NCBI GenBank assembly: GCA_963796275.1
Contig: CAWCKY010000003.1
Location: 832,001 to 896,000 of the forward strand
Origin: an uncultured Acidobacteriota bacterium
GTDB taxonomy: Bacteria; Acidobacteriota; Blastocatellia; RBC074
Direction of reading: 5' to 3'
DNA length: 64,000 nucleotides
The notes beneath the pieces are model-generated. The model made no database searches and had not been told where the DNA came from. It was given only the letters and a program-made list of their open reading frames with translations. This document shows positions 19,337-29,108 of the stretch, one piece after another. The number at the start of each line of letters is the position of its first letter. Within the stretch, counting starts at the first letter, position 1. The translations under genes were made by a program, and so were the position numbers.

Positions 19337-21715
19337 ATGAACAACCCGAACGATAAACTACAACGAACAATACTACCGATCCCGGACATCGCGCCGTCCG
19401 GACTGACTACATTCGATGCTAAAAACCCGGAGACAAAATTTCAGCCCATCGTTCCGCTGCGGCCGCCATCGGAAGCGCCGAACGTGCTCATAGTTCTGAT
19501 TGACGATGTCGGTTTTGGCGCGTCGAGCGCGTTCGGCGGGCCGTGCCAGACACCAAACTTAGAGAAACTGGCGGGGAACGGGCTGAAGTACACGCGCTTC
19601 CACACGACCGCGCTCTGCTCGCCGACGCGCGCGGCTTTGTTGTCGGGGCGCAATCATCACACGGTTGGCATGGGTTCGATTACCGAGCTCGCGACCTCGG
19701 CGCCCGGCCAGAATTCGATGCGTCCGAACACGTGCGCGCCGCTGGCCGAGATATTGAAATTGAATGGTTATTCGACGGCACAGTTCGGCAAATGCCATGA
19801 AGTGCCGGTCTGGGAGACGAGCCCGGTGGGGCCATTCACTCGCTGGCCAACCGGCGGGGGAGGGTTTGAGTATTTCTACGGTTTTATCGGCGGCGAGACG
19901 AACCAGTACTTCCCTGCGATTTTCGAAGGGACCACGCCGATCGAACCGGAGAAGACGCCCGAGCAGGGCTATCATTTCACAGAAGACCTCGCGGATAAGG
20001 CTATCAACTGGGTGCGCCAGCAGAAGTCTCTCGTGCCCGACAAACCGTTTTTCATGTACTTCGCCCCTGGCGCGACACATGCGCCGCATCATGTGCCGAA
20101 GGAATGGTCGGACAAGTACAAAGGCAAATTCGATCAAGGTTGGGATCAACTGCGCGAGCAGACATTCAAGCGGCAGAAGGATCTCGGCGTCATACCTAAA
20201 GACTGTCAGCTCACCGCACGTCCTAAAGAGATTCCGGCGTGGGAGGCCATCTCCTCCGAGATGAAGCCCGTACTTGCGCGCCAAATGGAGATTTACGCCG
20301 GGTTCCTGGAGCATACGGATTATCACATCGGCCGGCTCATTAGTGCGCTGAAAGACCTCGAAATACTGCAGGACACGCTGATCTACATCATCATCGGCGA
20401 CAACGGTGCATCGGCTGAAGGCTCGCTCCAGGGAACTTTTAACGAAATGATAACGCTCGGGGGCTTCGCTCAGCTTGAAACAGCACAGTTTCTTGCAGAG
20501 CGCCTCGACAAGTTCGGGGGACCCGAAGCTTACAACCATTACGCGGTCGGTTGGGCGCACGCGATGGACACGCCATATCAGTGGACCAAGCAGATAGCAT
20601 CGCACTGGGGCGGCACGCGCAACGGGACGGTAGTTCATTGGCCGCGCGGTATTAAGGCCAAGAGCGAAATTCGCTCGCAGTTTCATCACGTGATCGATGT
20701 CGCGCCGACGATCCTCGAAGTCGCGGGGCTGCCAGAGCCTGTAATGGTCAACGGCGTCGGGCAGAAGCCGATGGAAGGCGTGAGCATGGCTTATTCGTTC
20801 AACGACGCTAAAGCTCCCGAACGGCATGAGACGCAGTATTTCGAGATGTTCGGCAATCGCGGCATCTATCACAAGGGTTGGACCGCCGTTACCAAGCACC
20901 GCATCCCGTGGGAGACCGGAACGATAAAACTGGTCGCCTTCGAAGACGATAACTGGGAGTTGTACGACACCACACAGGACTGGACACAGGCGAAAGACCT
21001 GGCAAAAGAGCAACCGGCGAAATTGAAAGAGCTCCAGCAGATGTGGTTAATCGAGGCGGTCAAATACAACGTGCTGCCGCTGGATGACCGAATGATCGAG
21101 CGCGCCGACTCCGAACGAGCTGGCCGCCCTGAATTGGTCAGGGGCAAACGCCAATTGCTTTTTGGCGGCATGGGGCGTCTCACCGAGAGCTCAATCGTCA
21201 ATACACACAATAAATCATATGCAATCACGGCCGAGATAGTCGTGCCGGACTCCGGCGCCGAAGGCGTCATCGTCGCCTTGGGCGGCATTACGGGCGGTTG
21301 GAGTCTCTACGCCAAAAGCGGCAAGCCGAAATACTGCTACAACTTTTTCGGATTACAGCAGTACTTCGTTGAAGGCAAAAGCAAGATCCCGGCCGGCAAA
21401 CATCAGGTGAGGATGGAATTCTCGTATGACGGCGGCGGCGTAGCCAAGGGCGGCGGCGTCACTCTCTATGTAGATGGAGAAGCCGTTGGCTCAGGACGCA
21501 TCGAGCAAACGGAGCCGGCGTTATTTTCCGCCGACGAGACGTGCGACGTCGGAAGAGAGACCGGTTCACCGGTGACCACCGATTACGGAACGCGGGGCAA
21601 CCGGTTCAGCGGTGAAGTGAACTGGGTGGAGATCGATCTCGACAAGGCAGCGGCGGACGCCGATCACATTATCAAGCCGGAAGATCGTCTGGCGCTCGCG
21701 CTGGCGATTCAGTGA
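19337..21715 (+). CDS. arylsulfatase (Cys-type, long form with C-terminal beta domain)
   Basis: IDDVGFG, CSPTR (CxPxR), GKCH, GDNG. Confidence 0.95.
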   Translation: MNNPNDKLQRTILPIPDIAPSGLTTFDAKNPETKFQPIVPLRPPSEAPNVLIVLIDDVGFGASSAFGGPCQTPNLEKLAGNGLKYTRFHTTALCSPTRAALLSGRNHHTVGMGSITELATSAPGQNSMRPNTCAPLAEILKLNGYSTAQFGKCHEVPVWETSPVGPFTRWPTGGGGFEYFYGFIGGETNQYFPAIFEGTTPIEPEKTPEQGYHFTEDLADKAINWVRQQKSLVPDKPFFMYFAPGATHAPHHVPKEWSDKYKGKFDQGWDQLREQTFKRQKDLGVIPKDCQLTARPKEIPAWEAISSEMKPVLARQMEIYAGFLEHTDYHIGRLISALKDLEILQDTLIYIIIGDNGASAEGSLQGTFNEMITLGGFAQLETAQFLAERLDKFGGPEAYNHYAVGWAHAMDTPYQWTKQIASHWGGTRNGTVVHWPRGIKAKSEIRSQFHHVIDVAPTILEVAGLPEPVMVNGVGQKPMEGVSMAYSFNDAKAPERHETQYFEMFGNRGIYHKGWTAVTKHRIPWETGTIKLVAFEDDNWELYDTTQDWTQAKDLAKEQPAKLKELQQMWLIEAVKYNVLPLDDRMIERADSERAGRPELVRGKRQLLFGGMGRLTESSIVNTHNKSYAITAEIVVPDSGAEGVIVALGGITGGWSLYAKSGKPKYCYNFFGLQQYFVEGKSKIPAGKHQVRMEFSYDGGGVAKGGGVTLYVDGEAVGSGRIEQTEPALFSADETCDVGRETGSPVTTDYGTRGNRFSGEVNWVEIDLDKAAADADHIIKPEDRLALALAIQ

Positions 21716-21866
21716 GTGAGATATCAGATAGAAAGGAATTAGTGCGGTTCGAAATCGCGATGGCTGTCATTGGCAAAGAAGAATGTTCATAAGCGAGTAG
21801 AAAGTAAATCATCGGTGCAGTTGCGTCGCTCGAACAGCATGGAATCAATAAGAAGCGGAGTCTTTT

Positions 21867-22587
21867 ATGAGCAACCTAACTAATACTTTAGGATTCAAGC
21901 GTCCTCCGATCGCTTGGCTCATCGCGTGGACGCTCTTCCTGCCACCGGGTTTACCGGGGCTTCTGTCGTCGCCACAAGCTGCTTCGCCACATCAGGCGGC
22001 GGCGCAGAGATCAACGGCCCCAACTGACGGAGGCTGGCCGCGCGCCTACAAATTGGCGAGCGGCGATACGACGCTCTCACGCGAGCAAGCACAGAAAGTC
22101 GTGTCCGAATTTGAGAAGGCAATGCCGACGGGCGATCGGCTGATCGCCCTCGACCGCGTACTAACCAGCCTCGACAAGAGCCAGATCAGACCAACGGCCG
22201 GAGATGCGGTGGGCATCAAAGCGGACCCGCCCAATATCTATCACAGCACCAAACCTGCTGTGCTTATGATTTTCGACGGTCAGCCGGTCTGGAGCCCGAT
22301 CAAAGATGTCGATCTCAAGTATGCCGTCAACACGAACTGGGATGTTTTCGAGGAACCCTCGTCCAAAACCTACTATCTGCGCGATGACAAATCTTGGCTT
22401 AAGGCGACAGACTTAAATGGACCCTGGGCTCGGACCAGCTCAACCGCGATTGGGGTGCTCGGAACGATGGCTCACAGCGTGTACGCGACAATCAGAATTA
22501 TCGCGCAGGCGGTGTGGTGGCCGCCAGATGGGCGGCAGCTATCGAGGTGGCGGAGGATTCCGGGGTGGTGGGGGCAGGCGACGCTAA
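21867..22587 (+). pseudogene. internally deleted remnant of a large exported protein with a Gly/Arg-rich tail
   Basis: Signal peptide and DGGWPR..PAVLMIFDGQP..YAVNTNWD..WLKATDLNGPW; the tail DQLNRDWGARNDGSQR and MGGSYRGGGGFRGGGGRRR* lies in other frames. Confidence 0.6.
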
Positions 22588-22615
22588 CAAGTTCAAGTGA
22601 ATGGAGGAGGAAGTT

Positions 22616-23371
22616 ATGTCGGTAAAACAATTAACCAGTTGGAAACGCACTATCGCGAGCATCATGCCTGTTCTCGCTGGGCTGACCTTTATTGCTGCGA
22701 CGCATGCGCAGCAACAGGATGCGGCTAAAGAGAAGCTCGCGGCCATCAAGCAATCGTTGGCAAAGAATCAGGCAGCGCTCAAACAGTACACCTGGACAGA
22801 ATCGACCGAGATCAGCTTGAAGGGTGAAGTCAAAAAGCGGGAGCAGAATCAATGTCGTTATGGTCCGGATGGAAAAGTGGTGAAAACGCCGATTCAGACA
22901 GGCGACCAGGCCGCCCAGCAACAGCAGGATACGGGTGGGCGCCGTCGAGGTCGTCTGAAGGAAGATATCGTTGAGCACAAAGTGGATGAGCTCAAGGATT
23001 ACATGAAGCAGGTCTCTGCTCTCGTTAAGCAATACGTACCGCCCGATCCGCAGAAGCTTCAAAGTGCTGCGGATGCGGGAAACGTTTCCATCCAGCCATC
23101 GCCTGCGCAGGCAGTCTCCAACATTACGATAAAGGATTATCTCAAACCGGGCGATTCAGTAGTCCTGGGCTTCGATCCCAGTGCGAAAAAGCTCCGCAGT
23201 TATAGCGTTCAGTCTTTTCTGAATAACTCGAAAGACAATCCGGTGACGTTGAACGTTACCTTCGCCAGCTTGCCGGATGGAACCAACTACCCCCAACAGA
23301 CGGTGCTCGATGCACCCGGAAAGAAGATTCAAGTGAAGACTACCAATTCCGGATATGCGAAAACCGGATAA
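22616..23371 (+). CDS. exported hypothetical protein
   Basis: GGAGGAGG RBS, signal peptide ..ATHA/QQQ, NQAALKQYTW, FASLPDGTNYP. Confidence 0.8.
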   Translation: MSVKQLTSWKRTIASIMPVLAGLTFIAATHAQQQDAAKEKLAAIKQSLAKNQAALKQYTWTESTEISLKGEVKKREQNQCRYGPDGKVVKTPIQTGDQAAQQQQDTGGRRRGRLKEDIVEHKVDELKDYMKQVSALVKQYVPPDPQKLQSAADAGNVSIQPSPAQAVSNITIKDYLKPGDSVVLGFDPSAKKLRSYSVQSFLNNSKDNPVTLNVTFASLPDGTNYPQQTVLDAPGKKIQVKTTNSGYAKTG

Positions 23372-23602
23372 TGATCCATGGGTTGATGAACTACCAAACG
23401 CGCCGCATCGAGCGTGCGCTATCAAAGGAATGGGAGATCATTGATCCAAGGCTAGAGGAGTTCTACGGCATCGAAATCGATGCCTGGAAACCCGGCTCGA
23501 TAGCTGAGCTGGGGTGTAATGCAGCGGTATGCGGCCACTGATCGGTGACCGTGCCGAACTGCTAATTGTCACTTACTTATAACAGAAAGGAATAGGGAGA
23601 GT

Positions 23603-23905
23603 ATGAAACCTGAAGTAGCCAAAATCGTTGAGTCGGAGTTGAAGCAATTCGCCTCCGAGTTAAATTTATCAGACACCCAGAAAACTCAGTTGAAGACGGC
23701 TTTGGAGAACGCCCGCCAGAAGATGGATGAGATTCGCGAGAAGCATCCTGATGTCTCAAAGGCAGATGTGATTGCGAAACTAGGCGACGTTCGCAGCTCC
23801 ATTCGCGAGCGAGTGGTCAAGTTCCTTACGCCGGAACAACTGGTGAAGTGGGACGCAAAAGTGGCCAAGGCAAAGACCTTCCTGGGTCATACCGTAAAAT
23901 CATAG
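23603..23905 (+). CDS. small helical protein with LTxxQ-like motifs (Spy/CpxP-like, no signal peptide)
   Basis: GGGAG RBS; LNLSDTQK and FLTPEQ. Confidence 0.7.
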   Translation: MKPEVAKIVESELKQFASELNLSDTQKTQLKTALENARQKMDEIREKHPDVSKADVIAKLGDVRSSIRERVVKFLTPEQLVKWDAKVAKAKTFLGHTVKS

Positions 23906-24114
23906 GCCATTTAATGATGACCGGGTTGCTGCACGATAGAAGCGGCTGCCCGGTCATTGTATATCGACTGCACGACAGCGAAATGAAGGCCAATCGACGT
24001 GATCGCTTCTATGAGTTATCAGCATCGGAGAGGCTGTGACGAATAACGCAACTGCATACGGCGATAGAACTGATGGATTAACGGCTTAATAGCCGTTAGC
24101 ACCCGAGAACAGCA

Positions 24115-24202
24115 CCTGGGAGGGCGCGCGGCCTCGCGTGCCCGGTGTAGATCAAGGATTCTTGCAGCAATAGCAAGGGGCGAGGCCGCCCGCGCTCCCA
24201 GG
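24115..24202. repeat. REP-like inverted pair
   Basis: CCTGGGAGGGCGCGCGGCCTCGC (24115-24137) against the reverse complement of 24180-24202, 21/23 identical; a related half-site lies near 1005-1031. Confidence 0.7.
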
Positions 24203-24219
24203 GATTTTCAGAGGGCCTA

Positions 24220-25245
24220 ATGAAACACAGGTATCACGATATTCATCGTGTGGCACTCATTGCATTGCTCGCGACTGCACTCGGACTCAGCGCCGGACGG
24301 CCAGTAATATCGCAGCCGGCGGCGGATCCGCTTCCGAGTTGGAACGATGGGCAGGCGAAGAAGTCGATCATTCAATTCGTTGAGCGGGTCACGAAGGAAG
24401 GCGGCCCTGAGTTTGTGCCGCCCGCTGAGCGCATCGCAACATTCGATAACGATGGAACGCTTTGGGCGGAGCAGCATATCTACTTTCAATTCGCGTTCGC
24501 GCTCGACCGTGTGAAGGCGCTCGCTCCGCAGCATCCGGAGTGGAAGACTCAGCAGCCATTCAAATCGGTGCTCGACGGAGATATGCAGACGCTTGCTGCC
24601 TCAGGTGAGAAGGGGCTCGTCGAACTGTTGATTGCGACACACACCGGTATGACGACAGATGAGTTTGCAACGGCGGTGGCAGATTGGCTGGAGACGGCGA
24701 AACATCCGAGATTCAAGCGTCCGTACACCGAGCTTGTTTATCAGCCGATGCACGAACTGCTGGTTTATCTGCGCGAGAACGGGTTCAAAACCTTCATCGT
24801 CTCGGGCGGCACGGTCGAGTTCATGCGTGCATTTACTGAACGCATATATGGGATACCGCCGGAGCAGGTAATCGGCACGACCTTCGTCACGCAATTCCAG
24901 ATGAGAGAGAACGGTAAGCCCGCGCTCGTGCGCCAGCCGAAGATCGAGTTCATCGATGATGGTCCGGGTAAGCCGGTGGGAATCAACAAGTTCATCGGCC
25001 GGCGCCCGATTATCGCATTCGGCAACTCGGATGGTGACCAACAGATGTTGGAGTGGACGGCGGCGGGCAACGGCGCGCGGCTGATGGGCCTCGTTCATCA
25101 CACCGATGCCGAGCGCGAATGGGCGTATGACCGCAATTCGCGCATCGGCCGGTTGGATAAGGCGCTTGATAAGGCCGCGGCCCAGGGGTGGGTCGTGGTG
25201 GATATGAAGCAGAGCTGGAATGTAATTTTTTCGTTTCAGAAATAA
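24220..25245 (+). CDS. exported HAD-family phosphatase (nonspecific acid phosphatase type)
   Basis: Signal peptide, DPLPSWN, FDNDGTLW (DxDGT), IVSGG, GNSDGD. Confidence 0.92.
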   Translation: MKHRYHDIHRVALIALLATALGLSAGRPVISQPAADPLPSWNDGQAKKSIIQFVERVTKEGGPEFVPPAERIATFDNDGTLWAEQHIYFQFAFALDRVKALAPQHPEWKTQQPFKSVLDGDMQTLAASGEKGLVELLIATHTGMTTDEFATAVADWLETAKHPRFKRPYTELVYQPMHELLVYLRENGFKTFIVSGGTVEFMRAFTERIYGIPPEQVIGTTFVTQFQMRENGKPALVRQPKIEFIDDGPGKPVGINKFIGRRPIIAFGNSDGDQQMLEWTAAGNGARLMGLVHHTDAEREWAYDRNSRIGRLDKALDKAAAQGWVVVDMKQSWNVIFSFQK

Positions 25246-25383
25246 TGGCGCGAGGAAGACCGCAGAGATATGGGGAAAGATTCGTTATTTCTGTTCATCC
25301 CACGTCCTCGGTTCATACGCGATTGACGCATACAAATTCCTCCATATTTCGATAATGCAACTAACTTCAAGATGGAGGTATAC

Positions 25384-26940
25384 ATGGCGAAACAGAACGC
25401 ATCTACTCAAACTAAACCTAACATCCTCGTCATCTGGGGCGACGACATCGGCATCTGGAACCTGTCGTGTTATAGCAACGGAATGATGGGCTATCGAACA
25501 CCGAATATCGACCGGCTCGCGAAGGAAGGCATGATGTTCACCGACTCATACGGAGAGCAGAGCTGCACGGCTGGGCGCTCTTCCTTCATCACCGGACAGA
25601 GTGTCTTTCGCACGGGCCTTTCGAAAGTTGGTATCCCTGCCTCGCCCATAGGTCTTCAGCCTGAGGATCCTACTATCGCCGAGTTGCTGAAGCCACTCGG
25701 CTATGCTACGGGGCAATTCGGCAAGAACCATCTGGGCGACCTCAACAAGTATCTGCCGAGCGTGCACGGTTTCGACGAATTCTTCGGCAACCTCTATCAC
25801 CTCAATGCCGAAGAGGAGCCCGAGATGTATGACTATCCGCCTGAGAAAGACTTTCCAAATTTCAGGAAGAAGTTCGGACCGCGCGGCGTCATTCATTCCT
25901 GGGCGACGGACAAAGACGACCCGACGGATGAGCCGCGCTGGGGTAAGGTGGGGAAACAGAAGATACAGGATACTGGGCCGCTCACCAAGAAACGGATGGA
26001 GACCTGCGACGACGAATTCGTGGCTGCAGCCAAGGACTTCATCAAACGTCAAAACGCGGCCGGGACGCCATTCTTTTGTTGGGTCAACACCACGCATATG
26101 CACCTGTTCACCCATACCAAGCCGAGCAGCCTCGGGCAAGCGGGCAGATGGCAGTCGCCTTATCACGACACGATGATTGACCACGACAAAAACGTGGGCG
26201 AGTTGCTTGACCTGATCGACGAGCTGGGCATCTCAGACAACACCTTCGTGATGTACAGCACCGACAATGGGCCGCACATGAACACCTGGCCCGATGGAGC
26301 CATGACGCCGTTTCGCAGCGAGAAGGATACCAACTGGGAAGGCGCTTTCCGCGTCCCAATGCTGGTGCGCTGGCCCGGCAAGATACCGGCGGGCGTCGTA
26401 TCAAACGAGCTCATTCAACACCACGATTGGCTGCCCACCTTCCTTGCGATGGCGGGCGAGACGGACATCGTGGAGAAATGCAAGAAAGGCCATCAGGCGG
26501 CGGGCAAGAAGTTCAAGGTGCATCTGGATGGCTACAATCTGTTGCCTTATCTGACCGGAATAGAGAAGGCGAGCCCCCGCAAGGGATTCATCTATTTCGA
26601 CGACGACGGCAATCTGGTCGCCCTGCGTTTTGAACACTGGAAGTGCGTCTTTATGGAGCAGAGGGTACAGGGGACCATGCGGATATGGGCCGAACCGTTC
26701 ACGTCGTTGCGAGTGCCCAAGCTTTACAACCTGCGTACCGATCCATTCGAGCGGTCGGACATCACGTCGAATACCTATTACGACTGGTTCCTGCACCACG
26801 CATACATCATCTACGCGGCGCAGACGATCGCGGCCGAGTTCGCGGAGACATTCAAGACCTTTCCCCCGCGTCAGAAAGCGGCCAGCTTCACCATCGATCA
26901 GGCGCTGGAGAAGATGGATGCCGCGGGTTCCGGGCGCTGA
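25384..26940 (+). CDS. arylsulfatase (Cys-type)
   Basis: PNILVIWGDDIG, SCTAGR, GKNHLGD, TDNG; GGAGG RBS. Confidence 0.95.
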   Translation: MAKQNASTQTKPNILVIWGDDIGIWNLSCYSNGMMGYRTPNIDRLAKEGMMFTDSYGEQSCTAGRSSFITGQSVFRTGLSKVGIPASPIGLQPEDPTIAELLKPLGYATGQFGKNHLGDLNKYLPSVHGFDEFFGNLYHLNAEEEPEMYDYPPEKDFPNFRKKFGPRGVIHSWATDKDDPTDEPRWGKVGKQKIQDTGPLTKKRMETCDDEFVAAAKDFIKRQNAAGTPFFCWVNTTHMHLFTHTKPSSLGQAGRWQSPYHDTMIDHDKNVGELLDLIDELGISDNTFVMYSTDNGPHMNTWPDGAMTPFRSEKDTNWEGAFRVPMLVRWPGKIPAGVVSNELIQHHDWLPTFLAMAGETDIVEKCKKGHQAAGKKFKVHLDGYNLLPYLTGIEKASPRKGFIYFDDDGNLVALRFEHWKCVFMEQRVQGTMRIWAEPFTSLRVPKLYNLRTDPFERSDITSNTYYDWFLHHAYIIYAAQTIAAEFAETFKTFPPRQKAASFTIDQALEKMDAAGSGR

Positions 26941-27124
26941 ATGCCGGCAGGTGCTGGCAGTGAGACAAAGCGATGATTCAACCGGCTGAAGGGTATGAAA
27001 GGAACATCATTTCATTAGGCGGGATGAATTATACGCAACCTGATGATAGCTGCGGGTCACGCGATCCGTATTCGATCAAAGACAAACAAGATGAATCATG
27101 AAATTAAATGCAGAAGGAGGAAAA

Positions 27125-27775
27125 ATGATTCGCAAATTCGTCACAATAATCAGCTTTATTATCCTGGCAGGGTCGATCTCGGTGCGAGCCCAGGATGAAA
27201 AGAAATGGTCCGTTCAAGGTGGCGCTGGTTTCGGGGTTCCGGTAGCCAGCACATCCGATTTCGTCTCGACCAACGCGAATATCCAAGTCGGCGCCGGTTA
27301 TGACTTCACCAAAATAATCGGCGTCACCGGTGAGTTCATGTGGCAGGGGCTGTCGGTCAAGGATGGCAATCTTTCTCAGTTCACCGCTCTCGGTGCCAAA
27401 AGCAATCTTTACTCGGTAACGGGGAACTTAAGGTTGACATTGCCGACCGGAGGGAAATTCGGTGCCTATGTGATCGGCGGAACCGGCTGGTATCGCCGAT
27501 CGGATTCTTTGGACAGGGACGTGCTCGTTCCCGGCACTATATGTGAACCGGCCTGGGACTGGTGGGGGACGGTTTGTGTTGGCGGTTTAGTGCCTGCAGA
27601 ACAGGTCATCGCTTCGCAAAGCTCCGACGTTTTGGGCGCTAATGGCGGAGCCGGCGTTACCTACAAAGTGGCGGAGAACGGAATGAAGGTGTACGCGGAG
27701 GCGCGCTTCCAATATGCGCCAACCGAGCGGGTATTCACGCGTGTGGTGACTTCGACGTTCGGCGTGCGCTGGTGA
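27125..27775 (+). CDS. outer-membrane beta-barrel protein
   Basis: AGGAGG RBS, signal peptide, beta strands, C-terminal FGVRW, Cys pair in a loop. Confidence 0.82.
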   Translation: MIRKFVTIISFIILAGSISVRAQDEKKWSVQGGAGFGVPVASTSDFVSTNANIQVGAGYDFTKIIGVTGEFMWQGLSVKDGNLSQFTALGAKSNLYSVTGNLRLTLPTGGKFGAYVIGGTGWYRRSDSLDRDVLVPGTICEPAWDWWGTVCVGGLVPAEQVIASQSSDVLGANGGAGVTYKVAENGMKVYAEARFQYAPTERVFTRVVTSTFGVRW

Positions 27776-27904
27776 TCGGCTCACCGCCGATCGAGTCGAG
27801 TATGTGCCTGGAGTCCTGAGTATTTTAACGTCGGAATTGATTAAAATTTTGCCCCATATGGCCCAGAGCACTGAATAATGGACTCTTAACCTCGAAGAGG
27901 AGGG

Positions 27905-28250
27905 CAAGAAGGTAGCCAGGGGGGAGCGCAGAGTAACCCCCTGGATGGAGATGCGAATTGAGTTGCGTCCTGAAAGGATGCGTGATCAGCTTTGAGACAA
28001 CGATCGATCGATTATCGCGCATCCTTCAGGATGCTCATACTCAATTTGGAATGGATCCAGGGGCACGCTGCTTCTTCCCCTGGCTATCTTCTCCGGCCTC
28101 CATCGGACGACTGCGATGTCCGGAGACCCGCAGTGCCTAAAGGGCGCACGCTACCGGTGGTTCCGCTATGTTCCACCAAAGTTCCACCACCCGCTAACCT
28201 CCACCGCCTTTTCAGGGCGAAGGGCAATGATCGCAAATCGCGAGAGTTTG
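27905..28250. repeat. REP/REPIN-like nested inverted-repeat element
   Basis: AAGGTAGCCAGGGG..CCCCTGGAT is mirrored by ATCCAGGGG..CCCCTGGCTATCTT, with an inner GTCCTGAAAGGATGCG/CGCATCCTTCAGGAT pair; a further degenerate unit lies near 28130-28220. Confidence 0.65.
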
Positions 28251-28435
28251 GGTGCTGAAAAGGTTTAACGAACGGAAAGCTAAGCGACGCGGTGCAATCA
28301 GGGGTATCTATCGTTGGTTGAAACTGTAAAAAGATCTGTGGGTAACGACAATATCTAAAATGTCAGAAGGAATATCGAGACAATGGGCTCGAGACTCAAT
28401 CTGATTCGGCCCAAATAGGGCCGCTAAGGTGCATT

Positions 28436-28960
28436 ATGAATTCAAATAGAGAAAGAACCGATAAGGAAACGGAATCGAAGAGGGGTGAAGGGCCGGGGTC
28501 GAACCACTTCAACCAGGATTTCGATGCGGAGTCTTTCGAACTCTCATCCCGTCGCACTGGTTTATCGTTCCAGCGCACGCGAATGAGCGCCGACCGGACA
28601 TTGATGTCGGTAATTCGCACATCGCTCTCATTGATCGGCTTCGGCTTCACGATCTACCAATTTTTTCGCTTTCTGCGCGAGACGGCCGGTGCGACGCATA
28701 TGGTTCCGGTAAGCGCAGCGCGCAACTTCGGGCTTGCCCTCATAACACTGGGTGTCGCGATGCTCCTGCTGGGAATTGTGTACCATTTCAGATTCATGTA
28801 CGAATTGAGGGCCGAGCGGCATATGATGGTTGAACAGAGACTTGTCCACGGTGAGTTGTCATATCCCGTCTCGCTGACGCTGATTACAGCACTTGTTCTG
28901 CTGCTGATAGGTTTGATCGCTATCTTCAGTATGTTGGGAAGGGCGGGCCCGTTCCACTGA
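28436..28960 (+). CDS. DUF202 (YidH-like) membrane protein
   Basis: RTRMSADRTLMSVIRTSLSLIGFGFTIYQFF; paralogue of 15970. Confidence 0.88.
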   Translation: MNSNRERTDKETESKRGEGPGSNHFNQDFDAESFELSSRRTGLSFQRTRMSADRTLMSVIRTSLSLIGFGFTIYQFFRFLRETAGATHMVPVSAARNFGLALITLGVAMLLLGIVYHFRFMYELRAERHMMVEQRLVHGELSYPVSLTLITALVLLLIGLIAIFSMLGRAGPFH

Positions 28961-29108
28961 AAAGTTCAGTTTCCAGGTTTCCGAATCAGCTCTAAGTGGT
29001 GACGGGAAAACGCCCGCGCCGGTATAAAGGTTTTATTTTTTAGTTTCAGCATTTAGATGTATTGTCTCGTCAGGCAATGAAGAATAGTATTTGAGCGAGG
29101 TAAAAATA

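Noticed and set aside
19559-21013. 484-aa minus-strand ORF and similar long antisense ORFs over the M36 and HemN-like genes
   Set aside because: They lie opposite well-supported GC-rich genes and show no recognisable motifs.
23372-23560. Possible gene remnant (LEEFYGIEIDAWKPG)
   Set aside because: Too short and no family recognised.
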